DNA of 59,759 nucleotides, counting the filler. It is 7 parts of 7 records of this genome, joined end to end, with 100 filler letters (N's around TTAATTAATTAA, not from the genome) between each part and the next. Parts side by side here need not be neighbours in the genome. Positions count along the whole stretch, not along the records: positions 26,222 to 32,924 come from SRR31147125_48966; positions 33,025 to 40,761 come from SRR31147125_48974; positions 40,862 to 46,706 come from SRR31147125_49045; 4 more parts are not named here. One strand, written 5' to 3'. Both the position numbers and the translations under genes were made by a program. The first letter of the stretch is position 1. Each line of letters starts with the position of its first letter. The notes beneath the pieces were generated by a model. That model was not told the DNA's origin, ran no database searches, and saw only the letters and a list, made by a program, of their open reading frames with translations. Positions 30,438 through 40,875 of the stretch are shown here, in pieces.

Positions 30438-31457
30438 ATGGGAAAACAGTCTTTAGGCAAAAGGCTATTGCATTCTAAATTCTTTGGCCTTCTTATGTTT
30501 ACGATAGTGCTGGCGTTCGTTATATTCCTGATTCAGGATAAATTCATATCAAGAGGAAATATCCGTCAGCTGTTCATTACGATGACGATTCCCGGCATTA
30601 TGCTGGTTTCGGTTGCGCCACTGCTCATCAGCGGCGGCATCGACCTGGCTGCTGCGGCGGAAGCGGCGCTGGGTTCAATGATCTTTGCGCAGTCGCTGGC
30701 TTATTTTCCGAATATGCCGTGGGGTTTCGGAGTGATTATCGCCTTGGTGGCCGGCGTTATTTTTGGTTTGATCAACGTATTTCTGGTCAACAAAATGCAT
30801 TTCATGTCCTTTATCGCCACAATCGGTATGTCCTCGGTATATACCGGGCTTGCCACAATGTGGACGAGATCGAATAATGTCCAGATTAACCGTACGAGCT
30901 TTCTGGACCTGGGTAAAGCAGCCATCTTCTCGAATTGGGTGCCTTGGCTGTTTATCTTCATGATTGTCCTTGTTGTTATTTACGGTTATATACTGTCCAA
31001 CACACCGTTTGGCAGAAGTGTTTACATGGTCGGCGGCAATCCATACGCCGCAAGACTGTCAGGGCTTAAACCCAAGAAAGTGCAGGCGTTTTTGTTTGTC
31101 AACAGCAGCGTTATGGCTGTACTGTCCGGTATCGTATGGTCTGCTTATAAGAAAATGGCAAGCCCGACGGCACTGGGCGTCTCGATGCCGAACTTTGCCG
31201 CGTTGACGGCAACAATCCTCGGCGGCGTATCGTTCTTTGGCGGCGCCGGCGGCATGGCGGGTGCTTTTGCCGCTTTGCTTCTGGTAAATGTCTTTACAAG
31301 CGGACTGAATATGATCGGCCTTCCGTCGTATATCAGTATCGCTCTGCAGGGACTTATTCTGATCGCCGCGCTTGTTATTGACAATATCAGCACAAAACGT
31401 CAGCGCAAAGCTTTGCTCAAGGCGGCTATAGCGGGCGATAAGGCTAAAAAGGCCTGA
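30438..31457 (+). CDS. Sugar ABC transporter permease (second)
   Basis: RBS AAGGAGAGGT before ATG 30438. GGIDL, SFIATIG, GGNPYAARLSG, ILGGVSFFGGAG. Confidence 0.92.
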   Translation: MGKQSLGKRLLHSKFFGLLMFTIVLAFVIFLIQDKFISRGNIRQLFITMTIPGIMLVSVAPLLISGGIDLAAAAEAALGSMIFAQSLAYFPNMPWGFGVIIALVAGVIFGLINVFLVNKMHFMSFIATIGMSSVYTGLATMWTRSNNVQINRTSFLDLGKAAIFSNWVPWLFIFMIVLVVIYGYILSNTPFGRSVYMVGGNPYAARLSGLKPKKVQAFLFVNSSVMAVLSGIVWSAYKKMASPTALGVSMPNFAALTATILGGVSFFGGAGGMAGAFAALLLVNVFTSGLNMIGLPSYISIALQGLILIAALVIDNISTKRQRKALLKAAIAGDKAKKA

Positions 31458-31574
31458 CGCCAGCTTATGGCACATGTTTAAAACCCCGCGAGTTTATATT
31501 ATTTGAATTTCGTTCATAGGTATTTGTGATACCCAATGAGTGGAAGATATCAAATCTAGGAGGAAAGTAAAAAC

Positions 31575-32873
31575 ATGAAAAAGATTTTGGCAATCGTTCT
31601 ATGTCTCCTCATGGCTTTATCTCTGTTTGCGTGCGGCAATAACAACGAGCCGTCAGAACCCGCAGACAGCAGTGAGCCGCCCGCAACAACCTCGCAGGCT
31701 CCCGCTACAGACAATCTCCCCAGCGAAGGACCGACCGAAAACCCCTTCGGCGGTGAAATCGGTATGTACGATCCGGATTATGATTACTTTGCCAACCCGA
31801 CGTACACAGTGCAGTATGTCGTCCTGGCTACACAGGGCCTTTACGAAGCGTTCAGCGATGCTTTTGAAGACTGGGCCAAGAGAATGAACATAGACTACCT
31901 TGGCATGCAGGAATACGGCGGCGATAAGGATGCTTATCTGAGCAACCTGCCTACGCTGGCTGAAAACTGCGATGGCCTTCTGGTAGACCCGGATTCCCAG
32001 ATGTATACCCGCGTTGCTGAGATCCTTGATGAAGTCGGCTGCCCCTGGATGGGCTGCATGGCCGCTCCGCGTGACTATGAAGCTGACGATATGCCCCTGA
32101 TCCATCCGTTCGTCGGATTTGACAACTATGCTGTCGGCACAATCTTCCCGCCGAAACTCCTTGAGTACAAAGATAAGCTTTGGCCGGATGTCCCGCTGGA
32201 TGAATTTGGATTTATCGAAGTTGACTTCTCCGCCGCGTTCCCGCTCAAGCAGCGTGAAATGGGCTGCCTCGACACACTCAAACAGCTGGCTCCCGACATG
32301 GCTGAAAACAGATACTGGGTCGCTGACACCTCCATCAACACGTTTGACGTTGACACCTCCAGCCAGGTTGTCTCTGCGATCCTCTCACAGCATCCTGAAA
32401 TCGAGTACTGGCTCGTCTTCGCTGAGGTCGACGATATGGCCAAGGGCGCTGCGGCCGCTATTGATACAATGGGCCTGACGGACAATTCCGTTGTTATGAC
32501 ATTCGGCGGTACCGGCCTGCAGATCCAGTGGGATGCCGGCGTTCAGGATTCCTGGAGAGCTGCTTGCTATCTCCCGCAGTCGATCTATGCTGAGCCGATC
32601 ATCGGTGCTCTGTATGCCTTCATGAACGGCGACGAGACGCCTGAGACGATTTGGCCGAACTGGGTTAACGCCAACGATAAGGGCGGCGCTGATCATAGCT
32701 ACGCCAGCCGTCTGCTTCCGTACTACTGGATCGAGTTTGATAACTATCAGCGTATGATCAAGTGGTCCGACATCTATGCCGGTACGGACTTCTTCCCGGA
32801 TTACCCGGCCGATGGCATTGATCGCAACACCTACTCCTCGCAGGTCGATGTTCCGGATTACTACGCTGGTTAA
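31575..32873 (+). CDS. Sugar-type ABC substrate-binding lipoprotein
   Basis: Lipobox LFAC, Pro/Ser/Thr/Glu-rich linker, FVGFDNYAVG and DDMAKGAAAA type I PBP-like motifs. Last gene of the operon. Confidence 0.85.
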   Translation: MKKILAIVLCLLMALSLFACGNNNEPSEPADSSEPPATTSQAPATDNLPSEGPTENPFGGEIGMYDPDYDYFANPTYTVQYVVLATQGLYEAFSDAFEDWAKRMNIDYLGMQEYGGDKDAYLSNLPTLAENCDGLLVDPDSQMYTRVAEILDEVGCPWMGCMAAPRDYEADDMPLIHPFVGFDNYAVGTIFPPKLLEYKDKLWPDVPLDEFGFIEVDFSAAFPLKQREMGCLDTLKQLAPDMAENRYWVADTSINTFDVDTSSQVVSAILSQHPEIEYWLVFAEVDDMAKGAAAAIDTMGLTDNSVVMTFGGTGLQIQWDAGVQDSWRAACYLPQSIYAEPIIGALYAFMNGDETPETIWPNWVNANDKGGADHSYASRLLPYYWIEFDNYQRMIKWSDIYAGTDFFPDYPADGIDRNTYSSQVDVPDYYAG

Positions 32874-32906
32874 TAAACCTGCTGTATAGCATTGAATCAA
32901 TTGAAG

Positions 32907-32924
32907 CGGGGCCCTTCGGGGCCC
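32907..32924 (+). terminator. Probable intrinsic terminator hairpin, cut by contig end
   Basis: GGGCCC-TTCG-GGGCCC stem with a UUCG tetraloop about 35 nt after the SBP stop. The U-tract is not visible. Confidence 0.65.
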
Positions 32925-33024
32925 NNNNNNNNNNNNNNNNNNNNNNNNNNNNNNNNNNNNNNNNNNNNTTAATTAATTAANNNNNNNNNNNNNNNNNNNN
33001 NNNNNNNNNNNNNNNNNNNNNNNN
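32925..33024. other. Artificial contig spacer
   Basis: 44 N + TTAATTAATTAA + 44 N. Confidence 0.99.
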
Positions 33025-33203
33025 GTTTATTTGGTAATAAATAAAATAATTACATTCTCATTTAGAATAATTACAATAATTGATATCTGAGGTTCTCATT
33101 GTATCATAGCATTTTGTAAATTTATTAATCTGTATAAAAACTATAGTATTTTCGCTGTTTAAGGACTTGATCATCTTGATAAAATGCAGTTATTTTTTAA
33201 TAT

Positions 33204-34457
33204 TTATCTCCAACATTTAACCATATTGGGTATTTTTCGACCCACAGAATAATTTTTGTGAATTCCACCAAAAATTTGAATAAACTTACAAAAAATCTTT
33301 GATTCATCAAATTTCTGCTCAACAGTCGCACGTGCTCTTTCACCTAATTTAATTCGAATGTTCTTATTTTTTAATAATAAACAAATCTTCGTGGCAAGAT
33401 CACGAGGAGAAGAAGGATTACACAAAACGGCATTCACATTATCAATAAGGTAATCAGTCATTCCTCCAACATTTGTCGCAATAATTGGTAAACCTGTGGC
33501 CATAGCTTCGATTACGGACATACCAAATGCCTCATAATGAGACGGTTGAATAAAAATATCCGCCGCTTTTAGTAAACGCGGTGTGTTTTCACTAGCTCCA
33601 TAAACAACAACTTTTTCGTTCATATCATGTTCTTTGATGAATTTATTCAGTTCCGGCTCGACATTCATATAATGGCCTGGCATTTCAGGTCCAATTATTA
33701 TGAGTTTAGAATGATTATTCTTTATATATTGCCAGGCATGCACAAGATCCAGCGTTCCTTTTTCAATACTCAACCGGCCTACATATATACATAAGTTGCA
33801 ATTTTCAGGCCATCCTTCTTCCATTCGGATTTGATATTTTTCTGCAACAAATGGCACTTGAAACTTGTTTAAATCAACTCCGTTTGGTAAATAATAAATC
33901 TTTTCCGGTGAAATCTTGCAATCCAGGGCTTCTTTTTCTATTTCGTGTGAGATGCAAACAAAAGCATCTGCCTGGGCATATGTTTTATGTATAGGCCATT
34001 TGATTAAAGTGGCTAAAAAACTCTTTGGAGATAATTTGATTTTCTTTAGTAGCGGGTTCCAATTGCTGCAAGATAAAACACCAATATTCCCTGCTCTTAG
34101 TATAACTGGCCGCCTCAGGATTTTCCCAACCAGTATTGCCGCAATACCGATGCCTCTATAACCTGGACAGTATATAATATCAAAACTTTTACGCAAACCA
34201 ATAATTGTAAACAAAGCAAACGGAATCATTATCCACTTTTTGGCTCCGGCTCGCTCTCCAAATGGACGGATTCTGTGCACAGGTATCCCATCCACAGCAT
34301 CGTGTCTTACGGATTTGCGCTTAACAGCTCTTGTCAGGATATATATTTCATATCCTTGTTTTTTTAAATATCTGGCCAAACGTCTAACATGGACTTCCAC
34401 ACCACCTACAATGGGATAGTAATTAACCGTTAGAATTAAAATCCTTGGGTGTTTCAT
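33204..34457 (-). CDS. GT4 glycosyltransferase
   Basis: YYPIVGGVE, LPNGVD, YVGRLSIEKG, PSHYEAFGMSVIEAMATG. Confidence 0.92.
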   Translation of the reverse strand: MKHPRILILTVNYYPIVGGVEVHVRRLARYLKKQGYEIYILTRAVKRKSVRHDAVDGIPVHRIRPFGERAGAKKWIMIPFALFTIIGLRKSFDIIYCPGYRGIGIAAILVGKILRRPVILRAGNIGVLSCSNWNPLLKKIKLSPKSFLATLIKWPIHKTYAQADAFVCISHEIEKEALDCKISPEKIYYLPNGVDLNKFQVPFVAEKYQIRMEEGWPENCNLCIYVGRLSIEKGTLDLVHAWQYIKNNHSKLIIIGPEMPGHYMNVEPELNKFIKEHDMNEKVVVYGASENTPRLLKAADIFIQPSHYEAFGMSVIEAMATGLPIIATNVGGMTDYLIDNVNAVLCNPSSPRDLATKICLLLKNKNIRIKLGERARATVEQKFDESKIFCKFIQIFGGIHKNYSVGRKIPNMVKCWR

Positions 34458-35500
34458 TTTGAATTTCCCCTCCTACAATAAAACGCCAGTACCAAATTAG
34501 AATTTTATCGTAAAGCTCTTTTACCTTTTGAATCAAGGAATTACTAATAATCTCATCTCCCACCACAAAAGGCCCACCCAGCAAAAGATCTCTATCCTTA
34601 CGAGCGCGAAATTTAGCCACATTCGCTCTATCTCGAGGCAATTCCGGTAGCATTTTTACGAGACCCCAAATAGCTTTTATATACGTTAAACCATGCCCTT
34701 TTACAAGCAACATTGCAAATTGCAGAAATTCATGAATTATTAAAATCGGCGATAGGACGAATAATGTACTGATTTGATAATTTTTAAGCATGAAATGCCA
34801 TCGATTCAGTATCTGATGATAATAACGTATCGTGCCTCGCTCTCTTTTTCGGTGCAAAACTCGTGCCTGAGGTATTTCCTTTATTTTATAACCCGCTAAA
34901 CTTATTCTATGAGTAAAATCACCATCTGTCTTGCCAAAAATAACGTTCATCAAAAAGATTCACCTTTAGCGCAGCGGAACGTAATATTAGCAGAGCACAA
35001 CCCGATGCACATCCGATATCCTGAGGTGTCGTTGGCAGACTCTTAACCGACTTGCCTTGATAAGGATTAAATCCTTCACATAAAAAATGGACGCCTGTTC
35101 CGGCATATTGAACTATATCAGGTCGGGAATCATAAACCACAACCGGACTCCCGATACCGACATCCGGGTCCTCATCAAAAGCCTTTCTTAATAAAGAAAC
35201 GGTATCGGATTTAATTGAAACATCAGAATCCATAAGCAGGACATATGGCGTTTTGGCATTTTCGATACCACTATTTCGTGCAGGATTGGGGCCATTGTTC
35301 GAAGCAAGTCGAATAATATTGACATCATTCCACTCTTCAGCCAACCATTCTTGTGTACCGTCTGTACTGGCAACATCCACGACAGTTATTTGAGAGGAGG
35401 GACAACCTGCCTGATGCAAGGATTCCAGAGTTTCGGGTAAAAGTGTTCGGGAATTGTAAGAAATGATGGCGACAGACACATCCGTTGGAAATTGAACCAT
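34423..35500 (-). CDS. GT2 glycosyltransferase, frameshifted at the T-run near 34937
   Basis: VAIISYN, VVDVASTDGT, LLMDSDV, ASGCALLI. FDERYF joins FGKTDGDFTHRI in the adjacent frame. Confidence 0.85.
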
Positions 35501-35627
35501 AATAAATCCTTAAACATTTTTAATATAAAATGTCAATTTAAATATGCGAAAAACACGGAAAATAACTTTATTCTAAAACTTTATCTCAGTCAAAATGATA
35601 ACCAGTGTTACAATTTTTGTGACCGGA

Positions 35628-36572
35628 TCAATTTTGGGGCAATCGTGCGTCATTTAGCACCGTTGCCAGTCCCTTGTGCACATTCAGTTTAATTGCGCAC
35701 ACATTTTGTTCTCTCACTAATTGTGCTCCACTTTTTATGGCTGAATAACCCTTTCTGTCAATTCTAAAAACAGAATATCCATATGAATTGAGGAGTTTTA
35801 AAGTATCAAAGGCACGATCTCTGGAACGATCTCCCATTGAAACTATTTCCAAAAATAAAACAGGAGCATTATTGCCTTCAAGCAAATTAACGGCGCCTAG
35901 CAAAACATTTAATTCAAATCCTTCAACATCGATTTTAATCGCATCGACCTTTTCTATCTCTTCTCTATTTATAAAGTCATTTAAAGATATAACTGGAACA
36001 TCAACGACACGGCCCTCTTTGCCAACTCTGTCTAAATTATCAGTAAATGCGCTCGAAATCCCGGAAAAATAGTTTATCGGACAATGCAGTTGTAGAATAC
36101 CTTTCTTATTCCCAACGGCACTCTGCTCTACAGTGACATTGTCAAAATCGTTCAAAAGGACACTTTGCTGCAACCTGCCGGCAATTTCTGCCTGTGGTTC
36201 GAAACTAAAAACCTTTCCTGTAGGTTTAACTCTGGCAGCACTTGTTAAAGTATAGTAGCCAAAATTGGCTCCTACATCAAAAAAGATATGCCCTGGCTGC
36301 AGAAAATCGAAAATGAGCTTTGCATAGGATTTTTCTAATGTACCACCATACGCAATGGCGTACATACTCTGCGGATCTGCCAGATTAAGAATAACCCGTA
36401 TTCCCCCGGGATCAAGAGTAGCAACCATTTCCTGATCATGTAATAAATGTGAAGAGATAACATTCGCAAGCCACTTTCGACCTTTTCGAAAACCATAACG
36501 CCAATATAATTTCGCTATGAATATTGCCAACGGCATGTGCTTAACTGAATAGGAAGCAGCATCTGGTTTCAT
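35628..36572 (-). CDS. FkbM family methyltransferase
   Basis: FFDVGANFGYYT, VFSFEP, IKIDVEGFELNVL. Confidence 0.92.
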   Translation of the reverse strand: MKPDAASYSVKHMPLAIFIAKLYWRYGFRKGRKWLANVISSHLLHDQEMVATLDPGGIRVILNLADPQSMYAIAYGGTLEKSYAKLIFDFLQPGHIFFDVGANFGYYTLTSAARVKPTGKVFSFEPQAEIAGRLQQSVLLNDFDNVTVEQSAVGNKKGILQLHCPINYFSGISSAFTDNLDRVGKEGRVVDVPVISLNDFINREEIEKVDAIKIDVEGFELNVLLGAVNLLEGNNAPVLFLEIVSMGDRSRDRAFDTLKLLNSYGYSVFRIDRKGYSAIKSGAQLVREQNVCAIKLNVHKGLATVLNDARLPQN

Positions 36573-36684
36573 TTTACTCCCTCCCTTACATTAAAATGAA
36601 ATTCAGCTTTTCAATAACCTCCGTATAGAATATTCATGATATAAACACCGTTTCGCTCGTTATTTGTGAAACATCTGAATCAAA

Positions 36685-37830
36685 TCATTGCTTTATTATT
36701 GGGAATATCTTACGCCCCTGTCCGGGCAAATAAAAAATATATCTGTTCTTAAGACGCATCAACCTATAGGGATCATCATTGGCCTTTACAGCTCTTTTAT
36801 TAAAAAATTTATCGGAAAAAGCTGTTTCATAACCAAACATTTTCATTGCCGCTATGGATATCCTTCCTGCAACACCCCATGGAAAACATAAATGACAAAT
36901 TGCCTTGCTTAATCTCTCACTTAATATGGATTTCCCGCGATCAAGTTCATCATGAATTGCTTTTTTCCGCTGTTCTGATGACTCCCATCGTCCCTTTGAT
37001 TTTTTTAATACGGAATGCAACTGCCTTTTCCAATCAGGTCTGAAAAAATCAGTTGCACCATTTTCGGATACGACTTTTTGACAACGCACTCTGTTTTCTT
37101 CGTCATCAAAGAATCGATATCCATCAGACATCCGGGAACGTTGAGAATAAAGCGGAGCACCTAAATTTTCTTGTCCGATAAACGAATATTCACCATTAGA
37201 TGATAGCAGGGGTCTTGAAAGAATTGTTCGTGCGAGGTAATCCGGTGTGACAAATCCAACAACTCTGTCAGAAGTAAAAATTTTAGAGTGAGAAAAAGTA
37301 TGACACTGAACATCGATGATTCCTGAATCGCTCAGCTTTCGAAGTTCTGGCCACGTGGCAAACGGTGTTTCAGATTTGTCAACAGCACTTGGATCTTTCA
37401 ACCCATCTTCAATAGTTGGTCTCAGGTTTGTTGCGTCAGCAATCCTTGCTGGAATTGCAAATGCAATAGCTGAAAAACTATATCGATGGAGTAATGGAGC
37501 CGCCACTGTCCATAAACTGGCCCAGGCATCATCGAAACAAAGAGCAACAGCCTTTTCTCCAGGATACGTCCCATTATTCACAAATCGGGAAATAGCATCT
37601 GTTGTTATGGTTTTATAGCCATTTCCAGCAAGATATACTAGAATTCTCTCCAGGCCTTCTCGAGTCACTTCATGAAAATGAAAAACAGGTAAAAGCTTTC
37701 CAACTTTTCCGCCAAACAAAAACATAGGGTAACAGCCAGTCAAGAGCTCCAGGATACCTCTGCACCTGCCTCCTTTTTCTGTAAATGGAATTGACGAACT
37801 TTTTCCATGGAATACGTTATTTACTCCCAT
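36685..37830 (-). CDS. Polysaccharide deacetylase (CE4/NodB-like)
   Basis: PVFHFH, ALCFDDAW, QCHTFSH, LCFPWG, with a long insertion between the HTxSH and FPWG motifs. Confidence 0.82.
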   Translation of the reverse strand: MGVNNVFHGKSSSIPFTEKGGRCRGILELLTGCYPMFLFGGKVGKLLPVFHFHEVTREGLERILVYLAGNGYKTITTDAISRFVNNGTYPGEKAVALCFDDAWASLWTVAAPLLHRYSFSAIAFAIPARIADATNLRPTIEDGLKDPSAVDKSETPFATWPELRKLSDSGIIDVQCHTFSHSKIFTSDRVVGFVTPDYLARTILSRPLLSSNGEYSFIGQENLGAPLYSQRSRMSDGYRFFDDEENRVRCQKVVSENGATDFFRPDWKRQLHSVLKKSKGRWESSEQRKKAIHDELDRGKSILSERLSKAICHLCFPWGVAGRISIAAMKMFGYETAFSDKFFNKRAVKANDDPYRLMRLKNRYIFYLPGQGRKIFPIIKQ

Positions 37831-38031
37831 TCCCTATTCCCCTGTATTCATATATTAATTGATCCATTCCTTTCAATTTTTGCAACAACTCTATGTGACT
37901 TTTATTTTTTCACGGACCGTATCACAGAATATTTTTTGGGGTAAATTAAATTTGCTTTAAAAGCTTTTTATGAAACGATTTTTTTCGATAATATTTATTA
38001 GAAACTTTTTATCGATTAATCTTGAAAAATA

Positions 38032-38766
38032 TCATTTTCTGGTTCTGACAACACGGGCTGGTATGCCCATCGCAACAGCATTTTCTTTGATTGATTTTGT
38101 CACAACTGCACTTGTTCCAATAATAGAATGTTTTCCAATGACAACGCCATCCATAACTTTGACTCCTGCTCCAAGCCAGACGTCTTTTTCAAGCTCAACG
38201 CCTTCAGAACTTCGTTCCTGAGAAAGTATGGAAATGTCGGGATTTGAATATTTGTGACCACCTCCAATTAAATAACAATATGCTGCTAATAAACAACCTT
38301 CTCCAAGTTTAACTTTGCTACCAGAAAATACTTCACAGTTAAAGCCGATATTTACATCGGCTTCTAATTCAATATCACCATTTTTGCAGCTTAAAATGGT
38401 ATTTCGCCCTAAAAATACGCCGTTTCCAATAAGAATCCCTGTATTATCAGTTCCCTTTGCATCCAAAACGCAATTATCATCAATGACTACATTATCACCA
38501 ATATGAATTTTATGCGGATGTCGCAGAACAACATTCTGACCAAAGCTTACATTCCGTCCAACTTTACCTAATATTAAAGGATACAACTTGCTTCGTAATA
38601 ACAGTCCAAGTGCACCAGGGAGCCAACTAATCAATGTTATAATCAGCTCATACTTTATTAAAACCCAGATACCACTCTGTCCTATAATAAGATTCGAGTA
38701 TTTGCTAAACTTTGACGTGTTGCCTTTAAATAATTCTTTTTGTATTTCGACCGTTTCTTTTTTCAC
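38032..38766 (-). CDS. Hexapeptide-repeat (left-handed beta-helix) acyltransferase
   Basis: IGDNVVIDDNCVLD, IGNGVFLG, VWLGAGVKVMDGVVIG, GIPARV. Confidence 0.9.
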   Translation of the reverse strand: MKKETVEIQKELFKGNTSKFSKYSNLIIGQSGIWVLIKYELIITLISWLPGALGLLLRSKLYPLILGKVGRNVSFGQNVVLRHPHKIHIGDNVVIDDNCVLDAKGTDNTGILIGNGVFLGRNTILSCKNGDIELEADVNIGFNCEVFSGSKVKLGEGCLLAAYCYLIGGGHKYSNPDISILSQERSSEGVELEKDVWLGAGVKVMDGVVIGKHSIIGTSAVVTKSIKENAVAMGIPARVVRTRK

Positions 38767-38809
38767 GAACCTTTAATCCTTAAAATAATGTATAAAAGTT
38801 ATCATAATA

Positions 38810-39829
38810 TTACCCACCATGTAACCAACCCTGTTCAAGATACCATTCAGCCGTTATTTGCAGCCCCTTATGATTATCAAACTTGGGTGTAAAGCCGAGA
38901 GTTGATTGCATTTTTTGTGTATTAAAAGCCCGATCCTTTGTATAAAAAGCAACTCGTCTTCTGTAAATAGGTGGTTCCAATCCAAATGGACGGAATGCCA
39001 ATTCGCAGAGGGCTCCCAAAATAAAAAATGGCCATGCTGGAATCCTGATAAAACAAATCTGTTTATTATAGACCTGGCTTATCGTCAAAGCCATTTCTTT
39101 TAAGGTCGTGGGCTCCGTATTACCACAAATAAATACTTCTCCTAATGCATTAGGTTCGGTAGCCGCCAGGATAATGCAATCCGTCAGGTCATCAACATGG
39201 ATCAAATGATAATAACATTTTCCATATCCAAGGATTGGAAACCACTTTTTTGTACTCATTTTAAACACTTTGAGTAATCGTCTGTCTCCAGGACCAAAAA
39301 TCGCGGCAGGTCTTATAACAGCAAGCGGTAATCCTTTTTCCTGCGAAAATTTTCTTATCCAAAGTTCCGCTTCCGCCTTTGTTTTTTGATAGACATCATC
39401 AGGATTGAATCGATACTCTTCATCCGCAGGCGGATCATCGATATGGCTATGAACACCGACAGTAGAAACATGTACAAATCTTTTAAAATTTGGCAGTTCC
39501 AATGCTTTTTTAGCAATTAGCTGTGTGCTTTTTACATGTACATTATAATATGTTTCATCGGATATTTTCGCTTCACGATAAGCGGCAGCAACATGAAATA
39601 TATAAGACACATCCGTGACCGCTTTATTAATTGTCTCCTCGTCAAACACATCTCCACGAATCCATTGAATATCCAGATCCCGCAAAGGTTCGATATTTGA
39701 GGATGGTCGAGCTATAGCTGTAACATGCAATCCGGCATTCACCAATTTTCGAACCAAAACGGATCCTGTAAACCCGGTTGCCCCTGTTACTAATACTTTT
39801 GTTCCTGATGGAATAGATTCAACACTCAT
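38810..39829 (-). CDS. NAD-dependent epimerase/dehydratase (extended SDR)
   Basis: VLVTGATGFTG, FHVAA, HVSTVGV, YQKTK (YxxxK), IRPAAIFGPGD. Confidence 0.92.
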   Translation of the reverse strand: MSVESIPSGTKVLVTGATGFTGSVLVRKLVNAGLHVTAIARPSSNIEPLRDLDIQWIRGDVFDEETINKAVTDVSYIFHVAAAYREAKISDETYYNVHVKSTQLIAKKALELPNFKRFVHVSTVGVHSHIDDPPADEEYRFNPDDVYQKTKAEAELWIRKFSQEKGLPLAVIRPAAIFGPGDRRLLKVFKMSTKKWFPILGYGKCYYHLIHVDDLTDCIILAATEPNALGEVFICGNTEPTTLKEMALTISQVYNKQICFIRIPAWPFFILGALCELAFRPFGLEPPIYRRRVAFYTKDRAFNTQKMQSTLGFTPKFDNHKGLQITAEWYLEQGWLHGG

Positions 39830-39869
39830 AATCTGTTATCGCAATCCAACCTTAATTTTAGTATTTATA

Positions 39870-40761
39870 TTAATTGAATAGTTCTTTATTTACCCAGTCG
39901 TAATGTTTATTCACCTTTTTTTGAAAGGATTGAATACTATATTCTTCCTCGACTAATCTTTTTCCGGCAGCTCCTAATGAGGCCCGTTTATTTTCATCTT
40001 CTATCAACAAGCTCATCCCCTTGCTAAAATCCTCAGCAGTGGGCCTGGAGAGTAATGATACATCATGATTCAAAACCTGTGTATGAGTCGGTAAATCTGT
40101 TGCCAGCACAGGTTTACCAGACCCAAGATAAGAATAAATCTTCATGGGCGTGTTATTGCCTTTTGTCCTTGGAGAGACTAAAATATCAGCCATTTTTAAA
40201 TAGTCACCCAATTTATTAATAGGCTTAGGGCCAACAAAATGTACCTTATCTATGATTCCCAGTTGCCTGGAAAGATCCTGATATTTTTGAATATCAGCAG
40301 AGACACCACCAATAATAATAAGATCAGCAGCACGATCTTTTACTTTTTGAAAGCTTTCAAGTAATAAATCGATTCCCTGATAAGTTTCCAAATTGCCAAT
40401 ATACATCAAAGCAATCCCCTGAATATTTAATTCCTTCTTTAAATCTGGTTCTTGTTGACCAAAATTCTCCTTTACAAGCGAGACATCAGAAATGATGGAT
40501 ATCTTTTTCTTGGCCCCACTTTCTCGGGCAATTTGTGCAAGCGCCTCACATACAGCAACAACCGAGAGGGAATGTCTTACAGCAGCGCTTTCTGCAAAAT
40601 TTAACATGCGGGCAAGAGGCTTCAGAAAAGACATTTTTTCTACCATTTGTTGAGCTAGCGAAGAGTCCATATCATAAATATACGGGATCCTGAAAAATAA
40701 TTTAACCAACATGGCCATAAAAACAGATTCTTCAACCGCATGCACAACATCGTATTTTTTT
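39870..40761 (-). CDS. GT4 glycosyltransferase, 5' truncated
   Basis: VHAVEES, YIGNLETYQGIDLL, PRTKGNNTPMKIYSYL, PVLATD. Confidence 0.88.
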
Positions 40762-40861
40762 NNNNNNNNNNNNNNNNNNNNNNNNNNNNNNNNNNNNNNN
40801 NNNNNTTAATTAATTAANNNNNNNNNNNNNNNNNNNNNNNNNNNNNNNNNNNNNNNNNNNN
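40762..40861. other. Artificial contig spacer
   Basis: 44 N + TTAATTAATTAA + 44 N. Confidence 0.99.
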
Positions 40862-40875
40862 GAGGTCTGAGCAAA

